Shown here in pieces: positions 33,445 to 45,233 of a stretch of 60,920 nt of DNA. Below the pieces are notes generated by a model. It was not told the DNA's origin. It saw only the letters and a list, made by a program, of their open reading frames with translations, and did no database searches. The DNA is taken from assembly GCA_002269645.1 (NCBI GenBank), contig NIVC01000499.1, positions 1 to 60,920 on the forward strand, read 5' to 3'. Each line of letters opens with the position of its first letter. Within the stretch, counting starts at the first letter, position 1. The DNA comes from Macrostomum lignano. Its lineage: Eukaryota. Position numbers and translations under genes: made by a program.

Positions 33445-35285
33445 TTCTTCTTCTTCTTCTTCGGGCGTGCTCGGGCCAGGGCCCATGGCACCGGGCGTCA
33501 GATGGCGCCCGCCTTCCCGAGGAAGTTCAACACCGCGACGCAGTTCTCGAAAACTGCCGCGGGCTCCGGGCTTGGCCCCCAGAGGCGGCAGCGGTGTGAT
33601 GTCAGGGCGGGGCAGGAGATCAGCAGATGGGCCGCCGTCTCCTCTCCATCGCCACAGAAGCGGCAGGTGGGGCCACGTCAACGCCGATGGCGGCCTGGAA
33701 GCCCCGCAGGGCCGGGCAGCGGTCGGCGCGCAGCTGGCAGATCAGCCGCTCCTGCCGCCGCGTGAGGTCGCTTGTCGGCTGAGGCGGCAGGCGGCCCGCC
33801 GTGCAGGCAAGGTGCCAGGCAAGCGAGCTCGTGCTCGCCGCCTCGGTGGCCGCCGCGTTGTAGATCTGGTGCCAGCGGGCGAGGCAGTAGCGGCGGACGG
33901 CAGCCTGCGCGGCAGCTAGCGGTACGGGCGCGGTGCCTTGCGCCAGCGTGGTGCCTTGCTTGGCGATCTCGTCCACGGCCTCGTTGCCTGGGATTCCCGC
34001 GTGGCCAGGCACCCACTGCAGGTGGACCGAGGTTCCCCGGGCCGCGAGGTCGGCGAGGCTGCCCCAGACGGCGTCGATCATGGTGGCGCCCGTCGACCCG
34101 GGGCCGGACGCGAGCGCGCTAAGCGCGCTCAGGGAGTCGGAGCAGATGCGGACCGGCGACAGCTCTGCCGGGTCCGGGGCCGCGAGCACCCACCGAAGGG
34201 CCTCAGCGATGGCCACTAACTCGGCGTGGAAGCTGGACGTCACATGGCCAGCAGCGACGCACAGCGTCGTGTTGGGCTCGACCAGGACGCCACTGCCGCC
34301 GTCCAGGATGCCGTCCTTCGCCGCTCCGTCGGTCCAGATCACGGTGCTGGCGGGCGGCAGGGCGGCAAGTGTCTGCTGCGCCGCGGCTCTCCGGGCCTCC
34401 GGCAGGTCCCCCGCGAGGTTGGGGAGGCCAACTGCAGCCCGAGGGTGACAGAGTCCAGAACAGCCCAGGGAGGTGTCGTCGGGATAGCGTGGACGGGCTC
34501 TCGCGGGAAGCCGCTCAGGCCCGCAGCGCTGCATACACTGGCCGCCGTCTCGCGCCAGCCGCGGGCGCTTTGGAGGCGGCGGCGCGGGCCGACGCTGGCC
34601 GCGCAGGCGCGCAGCGGGTTGTCATGCGGCAGCCGGAGGGCGCGCTCGTGGAGGAGGCCAGCGTGCATCTCCGCGCGGACTGCCATCGGCGGCAATCCAG
34701 CCTCGCGCTCCAGCACCTCCGACCTGGTGTTCCGTGGACACCCGGTGATGATGCGCGCGCCCAGGCGCTGGGCCCGGTCCAGGTGGTCGATAGCTGTCCT
34801 GCAGGCCGTCGGCATCCAGGCGCCGGCAGCGTACTCCAGCACCGGCCGCACATAGGCCGTGTAGAGCTGGCGCACGTCGCTCTGCTTGGCGCCCCAGTTG
34901 CTGCCAGACAGCGCCGCCAGAACACCGCAGCGGGCGCGGGCGCGGCCGGCGACGTTGGCGGCGTGCGCCGTGAAGCTGAGCAGCCGGTCCAGGATGACGC
35001 CGAGGAAGCGCGGCTGGCGGTCCGTCGAGAGCGGGGCGTCGTTCAGCCGCAGACGCAGCTCACGGCTGGCCTCTCCGGCGGTGGTGGTGAACAGGGAAGC
35101 GGCGCACTTGTTCGGCGCCAGCTCCATCCGCCACTCGTTCGCCCAGTCGGAGACCGCGTCGATCGCAGCCTGCGCCTTCGTCTCGGCCTCTTCCACGGTC
35201 AGGCCTTGCACTGCGATGGCCAGGTCGTCGGCGTAGAGGAACGGCGTGCAGTCGGACGGCAGTTGGCTGTCTGTCGCTGTCGCAA
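33445..35285 (-). mobile_element. 5'-truncated non-LTR retrotransposon (I-group type: RT end, RNase H, CCHC), (GAA)n tail
   Basis: YADD at the 5' junction; WTDG...FHAELVAI...CSDSLSAL...WVPGHAGIPGNEAVD (RNase H); CRFCGDGEETAAHLLISC; (GAA)6 tail; GCT shared at both junctions; very GC-rich relative to its flanks. Confidence 0.9.
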
Positions 35286-35632
35286 AGCATAGCATTCACA
35301 ATGCTGCTTGGACAGCTTGGTAGGTCATTGTGACCACTACCAATAAGCTGGGGATTAGTTAATATTTCGTGAACAATGCCATAGTCCACATTGCCAGCAT
35401 GCCAGAGCTTAGAATGCTGTTCTAACAAAGAAAGCGAATTTGTACTCATGCTGCAGGCTTTGCATTCTAAGATTTGGAGTAAAACACATTTATTAAAATG
35501 AGTTTGCTTGACATGTTCTTCTAGCCAATCAAATCGCAGGCCAAGGTAATTACATTCTGGACATTGGTAAGCAATTGTATTGAGATGGTCACTGCATTTT
35601 AAATTTATTGCCAATATCTCTTTTGCATCCAT
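35286..35632 (-). CDS. 5' part of exon 1 of the ZnF-AlkB gene: two C2H2 zinc fingers
   Basis: ATG at 35632 with an in-frame stop upstream. Fingers: CPECNYLGLRFDWLEEHVKQTH and CKACSMSTNSLSLLEQHSKLWH. Confidence 0.8.
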
Positions 35633-35769
35633 TAGATGAGATCATGAAATCAAACAAAATAATGGCTTAGATTGGTCAAAGCATTTTGAAAAAGTACAAA
35701 TATTTGTTATAAAAAATAAAGCTTTAAATAAAAAATGTTTTTATAACTGATTTAATATATTTGTTGTTG

Positions 35770-38280
35770 TTGTTAGATGGGGATGGGAAGGTGGCAACCT
35801 GCAGATCAGCCCTGAAAGGGGCTCTGCCACTGAGGGGGGCATATCTACCAGGGGCATATAGCCTGAGCAGCCCAGATTGGACCCTGGCATTAAGGTCAGG
35901 GAAAGCTACTAACCCAAACCTATGGACTAAGACACTGATGACCAACAGTGGAATCAGGGAGGGTGCTAAGACTGAGTCCATCCAAGCAACCACCCAGTAG
36001 ACAAATCCTGGGAATATGCAAAAAAGATAGGAAAATTTTAGAAATACTACTGAAAGCAATCCAAGAGCAGGGAGACCTCGAAGTCTATGGAAATGTCTTA
36101 ATTTTGGAGTGAGTCTGGGCAGCTTAATTACCAAGGGCAAGGCTCCTGCCAGATGGGCACCAAGCAAACCTCTTATTCTGCAGGGCTGCAAGCCTCAAGG
36201 CTTTCACTACCTAGCTCTATTTTGGGGCCCAGGCCAAGGGGGGAAGGGGCACAAGGAGCAAGAGGAACCTGGACTCAGCTGGTATCCCCAATTCAGGACA
36301 AACTTCTACCCTAGGACTCCAATCCACTGTCAGAGATAAGAGCCTGGGAGACAACCAAAGGAGCCAGCAGATAGACCCAGGCCAAGCAAGATAGACTAGG
36401 CAGGGAGGGCAGAGCTCATAACTCTAGAATATTGGAAGGCTTCAAGGCCAGGGATAAAACACAAAGTTAAAACATAAAGGGATAAAAACAAAATGGGAAG
36501 AGCACCTGAACCCTAAACCTGGAGCTCAGCCTCAGGGCTGGCATCAACTGGGCTCTACTATACACTTTTGTGAATGGTTGTCTTTCTTGCAGGGCAGGTG
36601 CAACTGGGGGCTCAAGTCCTATTCTAGCTATACTGCAGTCTAGAATTCCAACTCACTCCAGGTACACCCCCTAACCAAAGCCAAGGGTCAAAATAGTTAG
36701 AAAGAAAAAATAGGGTTATTTTTAGATGAGTATATCACCTCTGTTGAGGACTCTAATTGGATTGGGCTAGCAAGTATTAGGCTAATTGGATTGTGCACAA
36801 CCTGAGAAATGCCACCAGAGGTAGCCAGGGTAAAAACAGTCAGAGACCATCTATACTCTTTACGGTCAATTTAATATATTTACCTTACTTATGCCTATAG
36901 CTACAATTTTTATAAAGCTACATAAAATAACCATATCATAATTAAAAAAATTGATTTTCTTGGCACAAAGAAAAAATATTTTGCTAAGCTATTTTCAATA
37001 TAAATGTAGTAAAAAATATGCTTATAAACTAGCAATCTAAGCCCCCCCCATTAGGAAAGCAACAAAGAAATAAATTAGTATTGGAATAAACTATACTAGG
37101 TTATAAATTCATATAGTTAGTATTGTTAACTTAGTCCATTATTTCTAAGGGAAAATAGTTTATGAATAAAATATCTGCTTTGCAAGCTAATTATTGAGTT
37201 AAAAAAATATTAGATCCTTTATAAGAATAAGTAATAATAACAACAATAACAAAAAAACTTTATCTGCCAGCCACTCAATGACTAGAAAGGGGGGAGAAAT
37301 CAGAGCATTTTGGGCTATCCCATAACCTTCAAAAAGTCATACTCCTAGCTTGGTCTGGGATACTAGCATCAGTCAAAAGCTTTTTAAGATATCTTGCCAT
37401 TTGCCCTTGCAAATGTGTGGTCCCTATAGGTTGAGTAGCAATATTTTATATAGTGGTTTAAGGTAGCAGGCCTCTGACCAAATGATATGGCTAGCTATTC
37501 AAAGTTGTTACCTATGCAATGCAATAGGTCAGAAAGTTACATTAGATATACATAGAATGCAGCATTGGTCTTGCTACCTAGATTGCTATATACTCTAAGA
37601 ACTATATATAGCATGGCTTCATACATTGTGTAGGACCAAGACCGCCACATTCCTCACTTAGGAGCTAAGAGAGGAATTTGGCTCAATGTGTTATTAAATG
37701 GTGCAAGAGAGAAGATAAGTAGGTAGGAGAGCCAGCAGGACAAGCCTGCAAGAAAGGAACCTATGACTAGGCTTATGAGAGGAATAGCAATGATAAAAGA
37801 TTGGTAGCTCTCCCTTAATACCAGTAGCCAGTAATAGCTGTGGTGGTCTTGGTGTGTGGTAGTCTTAGTCATGCCCCTCATACTAGCATTTAGCATATCT
37901 TTTATAAGCTTTGGCTTAAAGCATCAAAGCAACTTCCTTTAAGTCAAACATTTCAATAATTCTCTTTTCTATAAGCCTTGATAGCTTGATATCTTAGCAA
38001 TTCTTATATAAGCCTTGACATTTTATCAAATTCTTATATAAAACCTTGATTCTTTAGCAATGCTTTCCTTAAGTCCTAATATCTTAATAATCCTTGGCTT
38101 AATCCCAAAACTCATTCTAATTAGTTAAAATCCTAAATCCTAAGACTATATACTATAAAAACTAATATTTAAATTTAAGAGCTGTAAGATACATATCACA
38201 TATGGATTGGATACAGGAAAAAATACACATTTATTTTTTAATTTTATATGTAGTGTCTGGTGTGAGAATGAGAAAAAATA
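35770..38280. other. CpG-depleted segment
   Basis: Only 3 CG dinucleotides counted by eye (36079, 36863, 37643) in 2.5 kb, although the first ~900 bp are roughly 50% GC. TA/TAG/CTA appear enriched. Confidence 0.85.
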
Positions 38281-39190
38281 ATTAATCGAATATCTTTTAC
38301 TACTTTTAGTTAGTTTAAGTAAAAAATCTCAAAAAATTGAAGCTTGCAAAAGTAGAGAAAATTATTAGTTTATAAAATTATGTAAATGATAACAAAGTAG
38401 ATGCTTAGCTTACTAGCTACTGCTTACTGCTCAATGTAAATAACAAGAATTTTTTGTTGCGAGCTGGCCCGGCCAGCTGGACTGATCGAAAATCAAAAAT
38501 ACCAATTTTCGTGCCCTTTTTTCAAATGTGTACAAAGATTCGAAGATGTTCGTTGATATATTAAAATATAACAAAGTAGATTATCTCTTGTACAAGTTAT
38601 GAATGAAAATCTAGATTTAAAGTCATTTATTTCTTTAACAACTAAATATACAGTATAATTTAGTTCGATTGTTTGTAACTTGCTCTCATGTTTGCATCAT
38701 TTTTTCAAGGACGACTTAAGTAGAAGGACGGGAAACCTCGTTTCTTAGAAAATTTTTGAAGGCACTTTTTCCCGAAAAAATACACTGCGGAGATACCTCT
38801 ATACTCCCAGTACCAGAACCAGTACCAGAACCAGTACCAAAAAATAAAATACAAAATACAAGTAAAAAACGAAAAATAACCTAGAAAAATGTCTAAAATA
38901 GTAAAAAATCAACTCTAGCAATTATTACAAGTGTTACCATGCAACGTTCAACATATTTCGTTTCAGCAAATTACATTACAGCATAACTTAATGCCTATTA
39001 AAATGCCTATTTAAAAACTAAAAGTAAAACACGGAAATTGAACATTCTAGCTAAAAAAACCTTAAAACAAATATATATATAACTAAAAAACCTATCAACA
39101 ATTGTTGGTGATGCCATAGATACAATATAAATATACCAAAAAACTGTACATGTAATATGTTCAATTCTTGTAAATTTTTACACAAAAATT

Positions 39191-42100
39191 ACTTTAGTGT
39201 ACTTCGGCAGGAACCATTGTGAGTACGAAGCTGAAAACTGAGATCTGGAAGGAAACATTATCAATCTAGAAGCCTACAAGACGCCAAGGCTCCATCTGTT
39301 CCCTACTCGAACTTACAGACTCCCAAGTCCCCCCTGCTCAGTACATTAATATGCAGAAAGTACTTTAGTGTACTTCGGCAGGACCATTGTGAGTACGAAG
39401 CTGAAAACTGAGATCTGGAAGTAAACATTATCAATCTAGAAGCCTACAAGACGCCAAGGCTCCATCTGTTCCCTACTCGAACTTACAGACTCCCAAGTCC
39501 CCCCTGCTCAGTACACTCAGCTGCATAAAGTACTTTAGTGTACTTCGGCAGGAACCATTGTGAGTACGAAGCTGAAAACTGAGATCTGGAAGTAAACATT
39601 ATCAATCTAGAAGCCTACAAGACGCCAAGGCTCCATCTGTTCCCTACTCGAACTTACAGACTCCCAAGTCCCCCCTGCTCAGTACATTAATATGCATAAA
39701 GTACTTTAGTGTACTTCGGCAGGAACCATTGTGAGTACGAAGCTGAAAACTGAGATCTGGAAGGAAACATTATCAATCTAGAAGCCTACAAGACGCCAAG
39801 GCTCCATCTGTTCCCTACTCGAACTTACAGACTCCCAAGTCCCCCCTGCTCAGTACATTAATATGCAGAAAGTACTTTAGTGTACTTCGGCAGGACCATT
39901 GTGAGTACGAAGCTGAAAACTGAGATCTGGAAGGAAACATTATCAATCTAGAAGCCTACAAGACGCCAAGGCTCCATCTGTTCCCTACTCGAACTTACAG
40001 ACTCCCAAGTCCCCCCTGCTCAGTACATTAATATGCAGAAAGTACTTTAGTGTACTTCGGCAGGACCATTGTGAGTACGAAGCTGAAAACTGAGATCTGG
40101 AAGAAACATTATCAATCTAGAAGCCTACAAGACGCCAAGGCTCCATCTGTTCCCTACTCGAACTTACAGACTCCCAAGTCCCCCCTGCTCAGTACATTAA
40201 TATGCAGAAAGTACTTTAGTGTACTTCGGCAGGAACCATTGTGAGTACGAAGCTGAAAACTGAGATCTGGAAGGAAACATTATCAATCTAGAAGCCTACA
40301 AGACGCCAAGGCTCCATCTGTTCCCTACTCGAACTTACAGACTCCCAAGTCCCCCCTGCTCAGTACACTCAGCTGCAGAAAGTACTTTAGTGTACTTCGG
40401 CAGGAACCATTGTGAGTACGAAGCTGAAAACTGAGATCTGGAAGGAAACATTATCAATCTAAAGCCTACAAGACGCCAAGGCTCCATCTGTTCCCTACTC
40501 GAACTTACAGACTCCCAAGTCCCCCCTGCTCAGTACATTAATATGCAGAAAGTACTTTAGTGTACTTCGCAGGAACCATTGTGAGTACGAAGCTGAAAAC
40601 TGAGATCTGGAAGAAACATTATCAATCTAGAAGCCTACAAGACGCCAAGGCTCCATCTGTTCCCTACTCGAACTTACAGACTCCCAAGTCCCCCCTGCTC
40701 AGTACACTCAGCTGCAGAAAGTACTTTAGTGTACTTCGGCAGGAACCATTGTGAGTACGAAGCTGAAAACTGAGATCTGGAAGGAAACATTATCAATCTA
40801 GAAGCCTACAAGACGCCAAGGCTCCATCTGTTCCCTACTCGAACTTACAGACTCCCAAGTCCCCCCTGCTCAGTACATTAATATGCAGAAAGTACTTTAG
40901 TGTACTTCGGCAGGAACCATTGTGAGTACGAAGCTGAAAACTGAGATCTGGAAGGAAACATTATCAATCTAGAAGCCTACAAGACGCCAAGGCTCCATCT
41001 GTTCCCTACTCGAACTTACAGACTCCCAAGTCCCCCCTGCTCAGTACATTAATATGCAGAAAGTACTTTAGTGTACTTCGGCAGGAACCATTGTGAGTAC
41101 GAAGCTGAAAACTGAGATCTGGAAGGAAACATTATCAATCTAGAAGCCTACAAGACGCCAAGGCTCCATCTGTTCCCTACTCGAACTTACAGACTCCCAA
41201 GTCCCCCCTGCTCAGTACACTCAGCTGCAGAAAGTACTTTAGTGTACTTCGGCAGGAACCATTGTGAGTACGAAGCTGAAAACTGAGATCTGGAAGGAAA
41301 CATTATCAATCTAGAAGCCTACAAGACGCCAAGGCTCCATCTGTTCCCTACTCGAACTTACAGACTCCCAAGTCCCCCCTGCTCAGTACACTCAGCTGCA
41401 TAAAGTACTTTAGTGTACTTCGGCAGGAACCATTGTGAGTACGAAGCTGAAAACTGAGATCTGGAAGGAAACATTATCAATCTAGAAGCCTACAAGACGC
41501 CAAGGCTCCATCTGTTCCCTACTCGAACTTACAGACTCCCAAGTCCCCCCTGCTCAGTACATTAATATGCAGAAAGTACTTTAGTGTACTTCGGCAGGAC
41601 CATTGTGAGTACGAAGCTGAAAACTGAGATCTGGAAGGAAACATTATCAATCTAGAAGCCTACAAGACGCCAAGGCTCCATCTGTTCCCTACTCGAACTT
41701 ACAGACTCCCAAGTCCCCCCTGCTCAGTACATTAATATGCAGAAAGTACTTTAGTGTACTTCGGCAGGAACCATTGTGAGTACGAAGCTGAAAACTGAGA
41801 TCTGGAAGGAAACATTATCAATCTAGAAGCCTACAAGACGCCAAGGCTCCATCTGTTCCCTACTCGAACTTACAGACTCCCAAGTCCCCCTGCTCAGTAC
41901 ACTCAGCTGCAGAAAGTACTTTAGTGTACTTCGGCAGGAACCATTGTGAGTACGAAGCTGAAAACTGAGATCTGGAAGGAAACATTATCAATCTAGAAGC
42001 CTACAAGACGCCAAGGCTCCATCTGTTCCCTACTCGAACTTACAGACTCCCAAGTCCCCCCTGCTCAGTACATTAATATGCAGAAAGTACTTTAGTGTAC

Positions 42101-45100
42101 TTCGGCAGGACCATTGTGAGTACGAAGCTGAAAACTGAGATCTGGAAGGAAACATTATCAATCTAGAAGCCTACAAGACGCCAAGGCTCCATCTGTTCCC
42201 TACTCGAACTTACAGACTCCCAAGTCCCCCTGCTCAGTACATTAATATGCAGAAAGTACTTTAGTGTACTTCGGCAGGAACCATTGTGAGTACGAAGCTG
42301 AAAACTGAGATCTGGAAGGAAACATTATCAATCTAGAAGCCTACAAGACGCCAAGGCTCCATCTGTTCCCTACTCGAACTTACAGACTCCCAAGTCCCCC
42401 CTGCTCAGTACACTCAGCTGCAGAAAGTACTTTAGTGTACTTCGGCAGGAACCATTGTGAGTACGAAGCTGAAAACTGAGATCTGGAAGGAAACATTATC
42501 AATCTAGAAGCCTACAAGACGCCAAGGCTCCATCTGTTCCCTACTCGAACTTACAGACTCCCAAGTCCCCCCTGCTCAGTACATTAATATGCAGAAAGTA
42601 CTTTAGTGTACTTCGGCAGGAACCATTGTGAGTACGAAGCTGAAAACTGAGATCTGGAAGGAAACATTATCAATCTAGAAGCCTACAAGACGCCAAGGCT
42701 CCATCTGTTCCCTACTCGAACTTACAGACTCCCAAGTCCCCCCTGCTCAGTACATTAATATGCAGAAAGTACTTTAGTGTACTTCGGCAGGACCATTGTG
42801 AGTACGAAGCTGAAAACTGAGATCTGGAAGGAAACATTATCAATCTAGAAGCCTACAAGACGCCAAGGCTCCATCTGTTCCCTACTCGAACTTACAGACT
42901 CCCAAGTCCCCCTGCTCAGTACATTAATATGCAGAAAGTACTTTAGTGTACTTCGGCAGGAACCATTGTGAGTACGAAGCTGAAAACTGAGATCTGGAAG
43001 GAAACATTATCAATCTAGAAGCCTACAAGACGCCAAGGCTCCATCTGTTCCCTACTCGAACTTACAGACTCCCAAGTCCCCCCTGCTCAGTACATTAATA
43101 TGCAGAAAGTACTTTAGTGTACTTCGGCAGGAACCATTGTGAGTACGAAGCTGAAAACTGAGATCTGGAAGGAAACATTATCAATCTAGAAGCCTACAAG
43201 ACGCCAAGGCTCCATCTGTTCCCTACTCGAACTTACAGACTCCCAAGTCCCCCCTGCTCAGTACATTAATATGCAGAAAGTACTTTAGTGTACTTCGGCA
43301 GGAACCATTGTGAGTACGAAGCTGAAAACTGAGATCTGGAAGGAAACATTATCAATCTAGAAGCCTACAAGACGCCAAGGCTCCATCTGTTCCCTACTCG
43401 AACTTACAGACTCCCAAGTCCCCCCTGCTCAGTACACTGCAGAAAGTACTTTAGTGTACTTCGGCAGGAACCATTGTGAGTACGAAGCTGAAAACTGAGA
43501 TCTGGAAGGAAACATTATCAATCTAGAAGCCTACAAGACGCCAAGGCTCCATCTGTTCCCTACTCGAACTTACAGACTCCCAAGTCCCCCCTGCTCAGTA
43601 CATTAATATGCAGAAAGTACTTTAGTGTACTTCGGCAGGACCATTGTGAGTACGAAGCTGAAAACTGAGATCTGGAAGGAAACATTATCAATCTAGAAGC
43701 CTACAAGACGCCAAGGCTCCATCTGTTCCCTACTCGAACTTACAGACTCCCAAGTCCCCCTGCTCAGTACATTAATATGCAGAAAGTACTTTAGTGTACT
43801 TCGGCAGGAACCATTGTGAGTACGAAGCTGAAAACTGAGATCTGGAAGGAAACATTATCAATCTAAAGCCTACAAGACGCCAAGGCTCCATCTGTTCCCT
43901 ACTCGAACTTACAGACTCCCAAGTCCCCCCTGCTCAGTACATTAATATGCAGAAAGTACTTTAGTGTACTTCGGCAGGAACCATTGTGAGTACGAAGCTG
44001 AAAACTGAGATCTGGAAGTAAACATTATCAATCTAGAAGCCTACAAGACGCCAAGGCTCCATCTGTTCCCTACTCGAACTTACAGACTCCCAAGTCCCCC
44101 CTGCTCAGTACATTAATATGCAGAAAGTACTTTAGTGTACTTCGGCAGGACCATTGTGAGTACGAAGCTGAAAACTGAGATCTGGAAGTAAACATTATCA
44201 ATCTAGAAGCCTACAAGACGCCAAGGCTCCATCTGTTCCCTACTCGAACTTACAGACTCCCAAGTCCCCCCTGCTCAGTACATTAATATGCAGAAAGTAC
44301 TTTAGTGTACTTCGGCAGGAACCATTGTGAGTACGAAGCTGAAAACTGAGATCTGGAAGGAAACATTATCAATCTAGAAGCCTACAAGACGCCAAGGCTC
44401 CATCTGTTCCCTACTCGAACTTACAGACTCCCAAGTCCCCCCTGCTCAGTACATTAATATGCAGAAAGTACTTTAGTGTACTTCGCAGGACCATTGTGAG
44501 TACGAAGCTGAAAACTGAGATCTGGAAGGAAACATTATCAATCTAGAAGCCTACAAGACGCCAAGGCTCCATCTGTTCCCTACTCGAACTTACAGACTCC
44601 CAAGTCCCCCCTGCTCAGTACATTAATATGCAGAAAGTACTTTAGTGTACTTCGGCAGGACCCATTGTGAGTACGAAGCTGAAAACTGAGATCTGGAAGG
44701 AAACATTATCGATCTAGAAGCCTACAAGACGCCAAGGCTCCATCTGTTCCCTACTCGAACTTACAGACTCCCAAGTCCCCCCTGCTCTGTACATTAATAT
44801 GCAGAAAGTACTTTAGTGTACTTCGGAAGGAACCATTGTGAGTACGAAGCTGAAAACTGAGATCTGGAAGGAAACATTATCAATCTAGAAGCCTACAAGA
44901 CGCCAAGGCTCCATCTGTTCCCTACTCGAACTTACAGACTCCCAAGTCCCCCCTGCTCAGTACATTAATATGCAGAAAGTACTTTAGTGTACTTCGGCAG
45001 GACCATTGTGAGTACGAAGCTGAAAACTGAGATCTGGAAGGAAACATTATCAATCTAGAAGCCTACAAGACGCCAAGGCTCCATCTGTTCCCTACTCGAA

Positions 45101-45140
45101 CTTACAGACTCCCAAGTCCCCCTGCTCAGTACATTAATAT
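39191..45140 (+). repeat. 171-bp tandem satellite, about 35 units (left arm)
   Basis: Unit spacing 170-171 bp (e.g. 39531, 39702, 39873). Two main variants: GTACATTAATATGCA and GTACACTCAGCTGCA. Confidence 0.97.
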
Positions 45141-45233
45141 TCTAGCCCATTCCGCTAGTCCCTGAACGGCCGACGCGTCGCTATGGACGGAGGGTTGGCG
45201 CCGCCCAGGGAGGTCCCCCAGTGTCGCCAGCAG

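Noticed and set aside
33445-35285. Bacterial contamination or horizontal transfer suggested by very high GC
   Set aside because: It is a eukaryotic non-LTR element with a tail and precise exon junctions; GC content alone is not evidence of transfer.
35724-36339. ORFs in the CpG-free patch
   Set aside because: No recognisable motifs; overlapping on both strands; likely decayed repeat sequence.
39191-45140. CRISPR array or primate alpha-satellite (171 bp)
   Set aside because: Units are contiguous near-identical repeats with no unique spacers and there are no cas genes. The match to alpha-satellite is in length only; I see no sequence resemblance.
39191-45140. Satellite as a tandem protein-coding repeat (171 = 57 codons)
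   Set aside because: A full-length unit has stops in all three plus frames; the 64-aa ORFs arise only from indel variants.
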